A DNA stretch of 64,000 nt from the human T2T-CHM13v2.0 reference genome, Homo sapiens. The DNA is taken from assembly GCF_009914755.1 (NCBI RefSeq), contig NC_060937.1. One strand, 5' to 3'. Under the pieces are notes generated by a model. It was not told the DNA's origin, ran no database searches, and saw only the letters and a list, made by a program, of their open reading frames with translations. A program made the translations under genes and the position numbers. Shown here in pieces: positions 27,976-41,400 of this stretch (positions are counted from its first letter, which is position 1; every line of letters begins with the position of its first letter).

Positions 27976-28949
27976 AGAATTAGGGGAAGAGAGGGAACAC
28001 ATAGAAGAAAGAGCGAAGGAGTGGTAAGAGTAAAAAATGTGTTTTCCTCCCTCTCTATTTAAAGGCCCCTCTGTTACCTTCTACTGTGGACAGTGGCCAA
28101 AATGTCCTTCACTGCTTGAAGCCAACACAGAACTGTCCTTCCATGCCACCTTTCTGCTTCCTGCAGGAACTATGCTCACGCTTACCCTTTCTCCATGTTG
28201 ACAGCTCAGTTAATTTCATCACACTTGGCCTCTTAAAAAGTCTCTACATTCTTCTCCTCCTCTTCCTCTTCTTCCTCCTCCTACTTTTCCTTCTCCCTGT
28301 TCTTATAATATGAATAACCAATTAATATATTAAAATGATAAAAAATCCAAATTGCATAAAATAAACAGAGTCTTTTTTCCATCCATCACCTCTCACACTT
28401 TCTTTGAAGTAATCCTTTCTCCTTCAGCTTTTAAAAACTATTTGAAATACAAAAAATAAAAATATATAATTAAAATATGTATAATACACATAAAAGAATA
28501 TATATAATGCAAATCCACGCTGTGAAGCACATCAATAAAACAAAACAAACACCTATGAAACCCACCACCCAAACCAAGAAATGGAATTCTCATAACATCT
28601 CTCTCCCCCACCCAGAGGCAATCATAATTCTGAGTTTTGTGTCCATTATTCGCTTGTTTTTCTATGTTGATATAAGTCCATACGGAATACATACAGAGTA
28701 CTTTTTTTTAGTTTTTGCTGTTTTTGAGATTTATAAATGATATCACATTCCATGCTATCTTCTGCTGCTTGCTTTTGCCATTCAACATTATATTTCTAAA
28801 ATTTATGCATGTTGACATGTGTACTTTTAGCTTATTCAATTTCACTGCTGTATAGTATATTCTCACCATAAGAGTGTATCATTTTAAAAATTTATTTGCT
28901 TTCCTATTAAGGAAAATGTGGTTTTCTTTGTCTCCATCTGCCCACCCAT

Positions 28950-28977
28950 CCATCATCTATCTATGTATCTATCTATG

Positions 28978-29009
<32 letters not shown>

Positions 29010-29040
29010 ATCTGTCATCTATCCACCTATCTACCTATCT
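28950..29040. repeat. (TCTA)n/(TGTA) tetranucleotide microsatellite
   Basis: Direct reading; interrupted GATA-type STR. Confidence 0.93.
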
Positions 29041-30477
29041 GACCTTATGAATAAGGCTGCTTTGAATATTCTTGTATATTTTGTCTGTATCATATATTTT
29101 CTCTAGGGTATATATACATTTTTTTCTACGGCATATACCTGGAATTAGAACTGGGTCATAAAGTACATGCTTACTCAGCTTTATAAAATAATGTCACTTT
29201 TCAAAATGTTTTTGAGTTGTTAAACTCATTCACATTGTTCCACTTCCTCACCAACACTAGGTTTTGCCAAATTTTTATTTTTGCTAACTTTTCAGTTGTA
29301 AAATAATCTCTCATTGTGTTACTGACATGTATTTTCCAAATTGCAAATAAAGATGAGCAGTTTGCTGTATTTATTCAACATTTCTGGGTTTTTAAAGTAA
29401 AGTAATTGCTGTTATCTTTTGCCTATTTTTCTATTTAACTATTTGGTTTATTATTGGTTTTTTAAAAAATTCTTGTATAATCCAGATACTAATTATTCTC
29501 TATCCCTTCTTTTGTTTTTAAATAAATATGCTGCAAATAGCTTCCCTCCCTTACCCCTCAGTGGCTTGTCTTTTCACTTTCTTTATAATTTAAATAAACA
29601 GAATTTAATCTTAATGAGGTCCAATTTAGAAATCTTTTTCTAATCTTTGTAATTAGTGCTTTTCTGTATTTCAAAACAAATATTTCTGGTTCCCTAAGGT
29701 TATAAAGGTAGTATATATTTTATCCCACAAACATCAAAGTTTTGACTTTTATATTTAACTCATTAATCCAGTTGAATTTTTTTTTGTGTTCATGCCCTAA
29801 AATAGAAATAGAAATAGAAATTCAATTTCCTAGTGGCAAACTAATTGACCAACACCATTTATTGAATATTTTCTTCATTCTCCCACTGACCTGTGATATC
29901 ACATCTAGTTTCCATGCAGATTTGAGGCTGTGTCTGAGCTCTTTATTCAGTGGCATTCATCATTTTTGTATAGTCTTAATTACTATAATTTTATTGTAAG
30001 TCCTGATATCTGGTAGGGAACTCTCCCCACATTCTTTCCCAGGAGTCTCCTGACTACTCTGTACAGATTTTAGGATGAGCTTGTTAGGTTCCTCAAATAA
30101 TTTTGTTGGAGCTTTGATTGAGATTGCTTTGAATTTATAAATCAACTTAGAAAGAATTGATATCTTCACAATCTTGAACTCTTTCTATCCATAAATATCA
30201 TATATTTTCCAGTTTACTTAGGTCTGGTATATTTTTAACTACTTGCTCCATTTCTTATTATTGAAAATGTTGCAGCACTTATAAATACTAGGCTTTCTAA
30301 TTAGTGTTACTAAGTTATAAAAAGGCATTTAAAATATTTGATCTTATATCTAGCCTCCTATGTAAATGTTCTTATTAGTTCTAACAATTTGTAGATTCTG
30401 TTGAGTTTTCTATACATAGAATTTATACCATCTGCAAATGACGGTTTTATTTCTGCCATTTCAATCTTTTATTTTCC

Positions 30478-31557
<1,080 letters not shown>

Positions 31558-32699
31558 TTACAGCTCTGGTTAGATCAAAGTTGAACATTGAGTTGAAATA
31601 GTAATAATTAGCTTCCTTGTCTTGTTTCTAATTTTAAAGATATTTTAAATATTTTGCCACCATGAAAAATATACACAGTAGGTTTTGGTAGAGACTCCTT
31701 ATAAGGGCGTCTTTGTAAAATAAAGGAAATATTCTTATAATCATGTTTTACAGAGTTATTTTTTTTCTCATCTAGGCATGATTAGGCATTGGCTATTTTA
31801 TATGCTGTAATGAGAATAATTTCAATAATAAAATTTCTATATTAAATCAGTTGCACATTGTTGGGGTAAATTCAGTTTGTTCATGATGTATTTGTTTTGT
31901 GTAGAATTTTTGCATCTGGGTTTATGAGTGAGATGGGTGAATGGATTTCCTTTCACATACTGACCCCACTTAGTTTCTTATCAGAAGTCTACTAGCTTAA
32001 TCAGGTAAATCAGGAAATAGTCTCTCTTCTCTTTTCCTTGGAAGAATTATTATGAAATTGAAGTAACCTGTTACTTTTAAAAGTATGGTGCAACTCACCT
32101 CAAAAAATTATCTGAACTTGATGTTTTCTGTGTGCAAAAAAACCCTACGTTAATAATTCATGCATGTTAATAATTACAGGACATTTGACACTTTTTATTC
32201 TCCTTGTGTCAGCTTGTCTGTTACCTTTTTGAAGATGTATACTGTTACATCCAAGTTTTCAAATACGTTAATATCAAATTATTCTTTTATTTTTATTGAA
32301 ATCTTTTCTTCTATCTATAGTTATGTCCTCCATTCCATCCTAATGTTGTTTATTTGTACCTTCCTTCTCTTTTTTATTGAACAATTTTACCAGAGGTTTG
32401 TCAATTTTATTAGTCTTTCCAAAGAACCAAGTTTTTGCTTTTTTGATTCTTATTTTCATTGCTTTTTGCTCTTACTTAACTGTATACTTTCTTCTACTTG
32501 GGAGTGGGAGGAATTCTGTTGCTGTTTTTCTAACTTAAATTGGATGTTTACACCTTCATTTCTCAGCCTTTCTTTCTTTCCTTCTCATATAATCACTTAT
32601 GACTACAACTAATAGAAAATATCCTTTTCTCTCTAAAACTACTTTTTCTGGAAGCCAGATATTATATGTGTCTTCTATTTTCACAATTTTATTCTGCTT

Positions 32700-33410
32700 T
32701 AAGAAAAATTTGTATGGAACATTTTGAACTTATTAAAAAAGTAGATATAATAATGTAATCCTTCACAGAGCTTCCAAAAAATTATCAATTTTGTTTCAAC
32801 TATACCTTTCCTACTGCCTCTCTGCCCCAAATATTTTGGAGCAAATCCCAGACATTTTATTATTTCGTGAATATTTGGGTATATTTCTCTAAAATATCAG
32901 GATTTTAACAATATATGACTTCATAGCCGGCCGCGGTGGCTCATACCTGTAATCCCAGCACTTTGTGAGATTGAGGCAGGCAGATCGCTTGAGGTCAGGA
33001 GTCCGAGACCAGCTTAGCCAACATGGTGAAACCCTGTCTCTACTAAAAATACAAAAACTAGCCAGGTGTGGAGGTGCGTGCCTGTAATCCCAACTACTCG
33101 GGAGGCTGAAGCAGGATAATTGCTTGCAAGACTACTTCATAGGCAGTGGTGTGTACTTTCTCTGGGAGGCCCATAACGCCTTGTCTCTCTCTTTTTATGA
33201 TATTATCAACTATTGATGACTATTACCTAGATCCACCAAATTCATTAGGTGTTCAGAAATTTTCATATTCTAATTCTATACTTTGTCTTCATATATTAGT
33301 TGAAATTCTTCTACAAAAAGAAACTCTCATATCAGTTATTTGGTTATCATGAGGCACATAGAGTACACATACAAAGGCAGGATAAATAACCCTTTCCTTT
33401 TATTTTACCA
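32700..33410 (-). mobile_element. L1MC-like 3' UTR fragments flanking a truncated Alu
   Basis: 'attttggagcaaatcccagacattttatt...atatttctctaaaatatcagga' and 'gcaagactacttcataggcagtggtgtgtact' resemble the L1MC4/5 antisense 3' end. Confidence 0.55.
32925..33126 (+). mobile_element. AluS, 3'-truncated (no poly-A)
   Basis: Left arm, linker and right arm up to 'gcaggataattgcttg', then an abrupt switch to L1-like sequence. Confidence 0.92.
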
Positions 33411-33792
33411 CATTTCAAAGAAAAAGATATAACAAACTTTGAATAAGTAGCCTTAAAAGTAAATCATATTTTTATTTCAAAGATATCCCACATTGATTAA
33501 AACTGTTCAGGTAAATCTCTTCTTTTGAATTCATAGAAGTACATAAAAATCATGTGTGTCACTTTAAGGACTGGTTTTTCACTCCCTCCCAACAAGAGAG
33601 GATTTGTTACACTGGTTACCCAACATATTTACTTAGATAATTCTCTGTGAGTGTTGATATTTCCCCTAAATCAAACATATTGTCCAAAAATGACATTTTT
33701 CATGTAATCAATGAAACCCTTCAAAATGATATGCAGAAACTTCTAGTTTCTCCATTTTCCCAAACTCCTGTTCCACCTATCCATCCACTCGT

Positions 33793-33793
<1 letters not shown>

Positions 33794-33829
<36 letters not shown>

Positions 33830-33848
33830 ATCTATCTATCTATCTATC
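33794..33848. repeat. (TCTA)n microsatellite
   Basis: Direct reading of the sequence. Confidence 0.95.
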
Positions 33849-34771
33849 CGTCCATCTAATGTATCTTCTACCCATTTTATGCTCATATGGTAATATGATT
33901 AACATATCACCTCATCTGGCATGACTTGAACAAAATAGGCCCCTTGTTTTCTGGTGTCATAGGTCTGTCAAGGTCACAGGGGATCCCAGTTGAAAACAGG
34001 TGCTCCTCACACATGTTGTGATGACTCACTCCTTGCAGCAACAGCTCCTCAGGAAACCTTTTCCCACCAGGGATGCTCACCTGTACTTACACTTCGCCAC
34101 ATAGGCCTCAGCAAAAGGCAAAAGCTAGTTTTAATCTAGCTTTGAAGCTAAAACTCCTTAACTCACACCCACTTTTTCAGCTGCTGCTGCCAAAGTATGC
34201 ACCATGGGCTGGGGGTACGGCCGCCAGACTCAGTCCTCTGCTTTGTTAGAACAAGCCTCCCCCATGAAGCCATCAAGGTCCCGGCAAATGTGTCCAGCCC
34301 TTTTTTGCCACCTTTATGAAAAGGAACATTGAAAGAGGTACGCTTTGTCAACATAAAAAAAAAAGTCCTATAATTTCTTTCTTTCCAGGGCAATAAGTGT
34401 CTACTTGGCTTGTATTTACATAACTAAGAAGGGTCATTAAGTGATTCTTCCTAGAATAAATAGTATCTCCCACATGCTTTTAAAGCCACCTCTAGATTTA
34501 AAACTAGGTGGCAACTTTTAAATTGAGTCTTTCTCAGCAGAGAGTGGTTTGTTTTTCTTTGAAAGTATATGCTGAGGCCTTTCAACTAAGACATTAAGTT
34601 CTTTAGAATTGTGCACATAGTAAGTGCTCAACAAATAATTGTATGAGTGGAGAAAGACTTTTCCAGATTAAGAAGTGTGGGTAAAAGGATAGATCTACCC
34701 CATGAAACTCTCCTCTCTGTCATGGGAGCCAGTGGGTAGCCCAGCTCAGATCAGATGGACCCAGGGATCAA

Positions 34772-34936
34772 GAGCACCGCTATTCGGTGTGATCCCCAGA
34801 CCAGCACCATAAGCACAGTCAGGGAAATTGTAACAAATGCAAATTCACAGGCCCCACCCCAGGCCTACTGGATCAGAATCTGTTTTCACAAATCCTCTGG
34901 GTGGTTCTTATAGACAATAAAGTTTGAGACCCATTC
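34772..34936 (+). mobile_element. MER5A (hAT-Charlie MITE)
   Basis: 'ccagaccagcaccat...gggaaattgtaacaaatgcaaattcacaggccccaccccaggcctactggatcagaatctg...taaagtttgagacccatt'. Confidence 0.8.
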
Positions 34937-35336
34937 ATCTACAGTAGCCCAGTGTGGACTGTATTAACACGAGATGACATGGGGACCCGTGCTAGTTTTA
35001 GGCCAGACCAGCAAGATGGAAGGTGGTAATCATTATTCTGCCTTGAGAGATCAAGAAAGGAACAAATATTTTTGTAGAAATAGAAACACTGGTAGATGAG
35101 ATTGCCTACCAGTGACTAGAGTTATTGATTATGTCTCTCCATCATTGATTAGAAATATTTTTATAGGACTCCAGGCTTAATCCAGTTTTTCTTCATCAAT
35201 AAAGGCAAAAAAGAATTAGAAAAACACAATAGATATCCAAAGCCAGCCCACACAAGGCATTCTCTACACATAGGGCTTAGAGATGGCTCCAGAAAACAGT
35301 AGACATATCTGAAACCCAGACCTTCTCTGATGTGCT

Positions 35337-35865
35337 AGGCTGGGGGAAAAAATTTTCTGTACAGAACCAAAAAGTAAGTATTTTTGGCTTTGCAGGTTAT
35401 ATGTGACTGCTCACCTTGTTGTAGTGTGAAAGCAGCCATAGACAATACAGATATAAATGAGTGTGGCTATGTTCCAATAGACTCTATTTATGGGCTCTGA
35501 AATTTAAAATTTATGTAATTTTCATCTCATGAAATATTATTTTTTTCCAATAATTTAAAAATTCTTGGCCGGGCACGGTGGCTAACGCCTGTAATCCTAG
35601 CACTTTGGGAGGCTGAGGCGGGTGGATCACGAGGTCAGGAGATCGAGACAATCCTGGCTAACACAGTGAAACCCCGTCTCTACTAAAAAAATACAAAAAT
35701 AATTAGCCAGAGCTTTCAGTGAGCCGAGATTGTGCCACTGCACTCCAGCCTGGGCGACGGAGTGAGATTCTGTTTCAAAAAGAAAAAAAAATTCCTAGCT
35801 TGGAGTCTGTACAAAAATAGATGGTGGCCAGATTTGGCCCCAAGTCCACAGTTTGCCAACCCCTG
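35337..35865 (+). mobile_element. MER58 (MER58B-like hAT MITE) interrupted by an Alu
   Basis: 'ttgttgtagtgtgaaagcagccatagacaatac...gagtgtggctatgttccaata' and terminus 'gccagatttggccccaagtccacagtttgccaacccctg'. Confidence 0.85.
35567..35791 (+). mobile_element. AluY-like element with ~75-bp right-arm deletion
   Basis: 'ggatcacgaggtcaggagatcgagacaatcctggctaacac'; junction 'ttagccag|agctttcagtgagccgag'; TSD aaaaattctt / aaaaattcct. Confidence 0.93.
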
Positions 35866-36254
35866 CTCTAGACTAGAGGCTGCTAAAGGTATCCCTTGCC
35901 AGTCCACAAGAAATATTTCACATGTGCCCAGTATGTAGAGAAGAGAAAATTAGGAACCAGATAGAATTAATACAAAGTCTGGAAGGAAAATTGTCTCCAT
36001 CACCTACACTCCAAAAAGGAAGCCTAACAGTTTACAATTATTAATGACTGCCAGTCCCTCTGCAGGCTACAGTAAGCAACGTCAAACTTCGGGTGCCCAC
36101 TCCAACGTACAAAGTACTAAAATTGCTAAGGTTGTAAGTTTGAAGTTTCTTCTTCTGATGGTGATGATGGCAGCAACTAATTCGAAGGGAAGAATTGAAA
36201 AATCTGTCAGTGATAATCCAAACCATGAATGTACAGCCCTACTTCCTCCACCTT

Positions 36255-36386
36255 TCTTGTTTTTTACTTTCAGAGACGGAGTCTCACTCTGTTGCCCAGT
36301 CTGGAGTGCAGTGGCACAGTCTCACTGCAGCCTTGAACTCCTGGGCTCAAGCCATCTTCCCACCTCAGCCTCTCAAGTAGCAGGAA
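36255..36386 (-). mobile_element. AluJ right-arm fragment
   Basis: 'agagacggagtctcactctgttgcccagtctggagtgcagtggcac...ctcactgcagccttgaactcctgggctcaagccatcttcccacctcagcc'. Confidence 0.88.
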
Positions 36387-36389
36387 TCC

Positions 36390-36870
36390 TCCTTCCTTTT
36401 CATCCCCCAACTCTGTCCATTTTTGTCTCTCTTTCTATTGCTTTAAAAAAACATAAATATGCATATAAAATGCAAGCCCTTTCTTCTTCGATAAATAGCA
36501 TACTTTTCTCCACCTTACTTTTTTTTCCTCAATAATAATTTCTAGAGATCCCTCCAAAGCAGTATATAGAAATGTTCTTTATTGCTCTTTTTTTTTTTTT
36601 TTTGAGACGGAGTTTTGCTCTTGTTGCCCAGGCTGGAGTGCAGTGGCGCGATCTGGCTCACTGCAAACTCCACCTCCCGGGTTCAAGCAATCAGCGTCCG
36701 GAGTAGCTGGGATTACAGGCATGAACTACCATGCCCAGCTAATTTTTGTATTTTTAGCAAGATACTCAATCATTTCGGTGTGGATTTACTATAGCTTACT
36801 TAATCAGTCCATCATCAGTGGACATTTGTACATTTTTTTGCTATTATAAATACAGCCCACAAATAACAGT
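36390..36870 (-). mobile_element. Old L1M 3' UTR fragment
   Basis: 'atagcatacttttctccaccttactttttttcctcaataata...gtgtggatttactatagcttacttaatcagtcc...gtggacattt'. Confidence 0.5.
36588..36757 (-). mobile_element. Alu right arm (AluSp/Sq-like), 5'-truncated
   Basis: 'gagacggagttttgctcttgttgcccaggctggagtgc', ends at the linker 'aatttttgtatttttag'. Confidence 0.9.
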
Positions 36871-36899
36871 CAGGGACAACATTGATCCTACACTTGTAT

Positions 36900-37085
36900 G
36901 TGCCTGTGCTGTGCATTTTACACATATTACCCATTTAATTCTTATAGCAAGCTTATCTCCCCTTTACAGGTGAGGAAACTGAGGTCTAGAGAGGTTAAAT
37001 ACCATGTCAAGGATCAAGCAGCTGTAAGCAGCAGAGTAAGGGTTCCGGCATCATGACTGTTCTTAGTCACTCAACCTATTTCGTC
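36900..37085 (-). mobile_element. MIR
   Basis: 'catttaattcttatagcaa...cccctttacaggtgaggaaactgaggtctagagaggttaaat'. Confidence 0.8.
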
Positions 37086-38024
37086 CTCCTGATTCAGGCC
37101 TGTGTAGAGGAGGAGAAGAGACCAAGTTCCTCCTCCCTGACCCCCAGAAGGCTTGTTGGCACCAGCTCACATTCTTTTGCAAACTCAGCAAGGCCCCTTC
37201 CAACCGGCTTACAGCCCTCAGCTGGGAGCAGATTTGTTAAACAGATGCACGAGGCTTGGAAAACTGCCCAGGGTGTCCCCATACTGACAAAACAAGAGTC
37301 CTGTGGGACAAAGCGGAGATCCTGCCTCATCTGCATTCTCTCTGGCTCTCTGAGGATTGCCTTCAATGCCTCAGGCTAATGTGTTTGCCCAGAAGCATTT
37401 GTTTGGTGGGGAAGGGAGAAGAATAAGAGGGAGAGTGCTGGACAAATCTTTCCCTTTTACAGTCGGGGCACACAGGAGTTTTTAAGGCACTGCCACCTCT
37501 CCCTCTTTGTCTCTATCCTAAAATGACCTTATTCCCTTAACAGCCAACCTGGAACAGGAGGGTGAGTTTGGGGGGCATGTGAAGCAAGTTGTAGGGGTGA
37601 TTGGAAGCTCCTTCCTTTGCTTTCTAGCCTGGCCTGAATGTGGGTAGAACCACGATATCAGAGAATATCAGCCCAGCACCCCACCCCTCACCCCCCACCC
37701 CCCAAACCCCCAGAGTCCTGATGGTTGCAGGGAGTTACAGGTGGCAGCTTCTGGGTACGAGTTACAGAGGTCAAGGCAGAAACAGTCCAGGACCTAGGAA
37801 TAAGTGGGGGGAAGGGGGTGCACTGAGGCAGTGCCACCTTCTTTAAACCAGTGCTATGGGCCACAGTGCCAGGGAAGAAAGCCATATATCTGTATTAGAT
37901 GATGATGCCTAGTGGTAAACTGTGCAGGGAGGAGAAACGGGAAAGCTACAGATTTCAGAAGTACATTATTGGCCTTAAACATTGGGTCAACCTAACATTC
38001 TGTTTTGAAAGAAAAAAAAACCCT

Positions 38025-38250
38025 AATATTTATTAAGTATTTAGGTTAATGACTTTACCTACATCATTTTAGTTAATCTTTATAGTAACCCTCAAATATA
38101 TAATTCCCATTTTCAGATGTGAAAATTGAGGCTAAAATTGCTTAGGAGATTTGTCCAGATTTGAAAACCTAGTAGGCAGTGGAATCCTAATTCAAACCCA
38201 GATCTGCTGACTGCACAGTCCAGGTACCTAATCATTTTACGGTGCTGGAG
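38025..38250 (-). mobile_element. MIR
   Basis: 'cccattttcagatgtgaaaattgaggct...ctagtaggcagtggaatcctaattcaaacccagatctgctgact'. Confidence 0.75.
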
Positions 38251-38257
38251 GCTCTTT

Positions 38258-38450
38258 CTTCATTCATTCATTCATTCAAGAAATATTTATTTAACATCTA
38301 TGATGTACTAAAGACATGATATTGTGGGAATACAATAATGAAATAAGAGAGATGTGGTTCTGGCCCTCACAGAGCTCATCTTCAAGGGTAGGGAAAATAA
38401 ACAGGTAAATAAGTAAACAACATGATTACAGACTTTGATAAATGCTATAG
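38258..38450 (-). mobile_element. L2 3' end
   Basis: (TTCA)n terminus, 'aaatatttatttaacatcta', 'gttctggccctcacagagctcatcttc'. Confidence 0.75.
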
Positions 38451-41400
38451 CTCTCATCGAATATTGAGATTGGTTTAAAATGAAGTCTTTTTTTTTTTCA
38501 AACTATCTAGTAATTAATGAAAGGGGAGTCATCCTATATAAACTCTCCTTCCATTGAATTTGTCTATATCATGTGTAATATTTTAAGATGTTGCTTTATA
38601 CTTAGCTATTTTATTTAATCTGAGCTCCTCTCAAGTTGAGGCAAAAGTACAGCCTCATTATTAGTATTATTTTTAATATTCTGAACTTAATGTCTCCAAA
38701 AGCCAAAAGTAGATATTAAAAAGTCCATTTCAAATGACCTGAGGTTGTATGAGCCATCCCTGTGAAATGTTTAGGGAGCTATCCCCAGGGAAGTTGAAAT
38801 TATGCCCTACTAGGAATGGTTGAAGAAACTACCTGAGGTTTGTCAGCAGAAGAGCATGGCTTTACTTCTCCCTTTCCTTCCACATGTTGGAGCTGTGTGA
38901 AAATCTCCCATGGAAGAAGACAGGATATGAATTCAACCTATAATTTGAAAAACAAGTATATCAGATGACAAGTGATCTAAGCAGTATTATTATATTCTAC
39001 TATTATCATTGTTCTTCCATGTAGTTAGAAGATTTCAATCTGAGCTACCTTTTTTCTTTATGTTCACAAATACCTAGGGGGAAGGGAGGTGGAAGATATT
39101 AGTATTCCCATCACTTCCTAAACAGCTTCTGCATGAAAAATACCTGCCTCCTACCTGTCTGACTGGGCTCTGGAGTTTAATTAGATTAGCATCTCTAAAC
39201 TACTCAGGTTTCCCCGAGATAGGCATTATGTAAACATAAGGTATTATTATCACTATCATAGTATCATTATGTTATTGTAATTGTGTGGATTCTCCCATAA
39301 AGCTGCATAGGATGGGATCCTAGCCCAGACTATTATTTGTCTAGTGCTTTGAGCTTAGATGAAAGGCACGTATATGTTGTCTTGTGTTGTTACATCATTA
39401 CAGTCACTATTGTTGCATTTTTGATTACTGAAGAATGAACCAGTTTTCAAATTCATCTCAACATCTCTCCAATTTTTAAAAGATGTTTTCTGTGTGACTG
39501 CAATGGTGTGCTCTTCCACACTGGTTTAAAGGCCTGGGGTAAGATAGCACCTTGGGCTTCTGATATCACCTGAGGAAAAAGGCAGACAGGCAGGGTATTT
39601 TAGGATGGTGTTTTTTTTTTGTTTGTTTGTTTTTACCTCTGTTCTGCTAGAGCCTGGTAGAGGTCGCAGAGCTCCAGGCCTGTTGACAGCAACACTCGGG
39701 TAAATTATTCTGGTTAAAGCCAACTTTGAGTGACTCTTCTGTCTCATTTGCTACCTTTAGGAGCCGTAAATCGCTCTTCTCAAAAAGATTAAGATGGTAT
39801 CCATCTCAAAAAGAGGAAAGAAGACGAGATATAGGGCCAAACAGCACACTAGAGAATAATTTTATGAGATTAACGTAGTTGCTTCATCACTAAATATACC
39901 AGCTGGTAAAGTTGTACAGTTTATTTTAGGAGGGTATTCATCAATCCAAAGATTTATGTTATCAGTGATGAAAATGTTATTTTGGAGTTTGTAAATTTGG
40001 GACCTGCCTTATTTATCTTCCTGTATTCTGACAATGTCATCCTCAAAGGTCATTTTTATTCCATTCTATTTTTTTTCTCCAGTGAATTCTACTATTATTA
40101 ATTTTCTCTTGGCTGTGTTTACAGATATGACTATAATTATTTCCATTAGAGCTACACACTTAAGGTTTGCATTATCTTTCATTTCCTCTACTAAAAGTCC
40201 AGTGTTTTATGCTACTGGGGAATCTGAAAACGGCATAATTCAGAAATGTAAGACGACGGCTCCTTTTAGATACTCCCCATTGCATAATTGTAGTTCTTAA
40301 CAGGGCTGAAGATCATCACATTTAAATGAAGGAAAAGCCTCTCAATTGATGAGCCAGCTGTTCACTGAAATGTTTATATCTAGTCAGGCTTCAGACTAAT
40401 ATGTCTTTGCATGATTTATTAAATGTGTTTGTAATAACAGAGTTATCATCACTCTCTCTTACTGTCCGATGATTGGTTCTTGGGCTGGTATTGCATGTGG
40501 TGCTGAAACTGTCATGGCAGAGAAAGTATTTTGCTCTTTTCTGATAAGAAATTTCCACCTGGTTCCGTCTGTGGAAAGGCAAGGCTAACCAGGGTGCTGA
40601 AGAGGCTTAGGGGATGGTTAATCGCCACGCAGACCTTGACTTTAAATGCAAATTACCCAACAAAAAAGTGACTGTGACTTGAACTGCTGTTTCTCATCGA
40701 ATTTGTGGGAGCATTTCTTGTGCAGCTACAGGTTGCAGCTGGTCTGGCCACGGTTTTGTGTGGCTGAGTGCTTAGGCCGGCACTTTATTATCAGAACAGA
40801 ACAAATCTAGGCTAATGTGCGTGGTAGAAAGAATCCCAGGGTGCCTCAGTGCCTCATTCTCCGGCCATTCTTTCCAGTTTTTCTGCTGTTGCACTCTGGA
40901 TAATTGCGGTTTAATTGGGTGACATGAAATGAAAACTGTGTCCACATTATCCAGGATTATCTCTTTTTCCTGAAGCCTGCCACCCGTTGAAAGGAGCCCA
41001 TTTATCAGACCAAAGAGCTGCGCTCGGTTGCTTTTACGAGTGGGGAAGAGTATGAGAACAGGCTGGGAAAAGGAGAAAGGGAGCTGACAGCTAAGAAAAA
41101 TTATTTCAGTTGTTTATCATGAGGAAAGTTTATCTGATTCTTTACAAAATGATATGGGGGCCGGCATGTCGAGCCATGAGTAATGAACATTGACCAACTT
41201 TGCTTCCTCCACTGGTTGGACCCAGTGCTGCCTCTTTTGTGTGGGCACAGATCAACTTTAAAAGCTTCTTTCAGGCAGCATGAATGCACTTCATTTTACC
41301 AAAAAGAACTTTGTATTGATAGCTAGAAAAAAGGAAGGTTGTTTAAAAAGGAAGGGTAGACAATCAGGACAAAATGAGGAGCTTTCAGTTTCTATTATGA

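Noticed and set aside
27484-28002. 172-aa minus-strand ORF and similar 'LSPRLECSG' ORFs across the window
   Set aside because: Read-through of antisense Alus and their tails, a well-known artefact.
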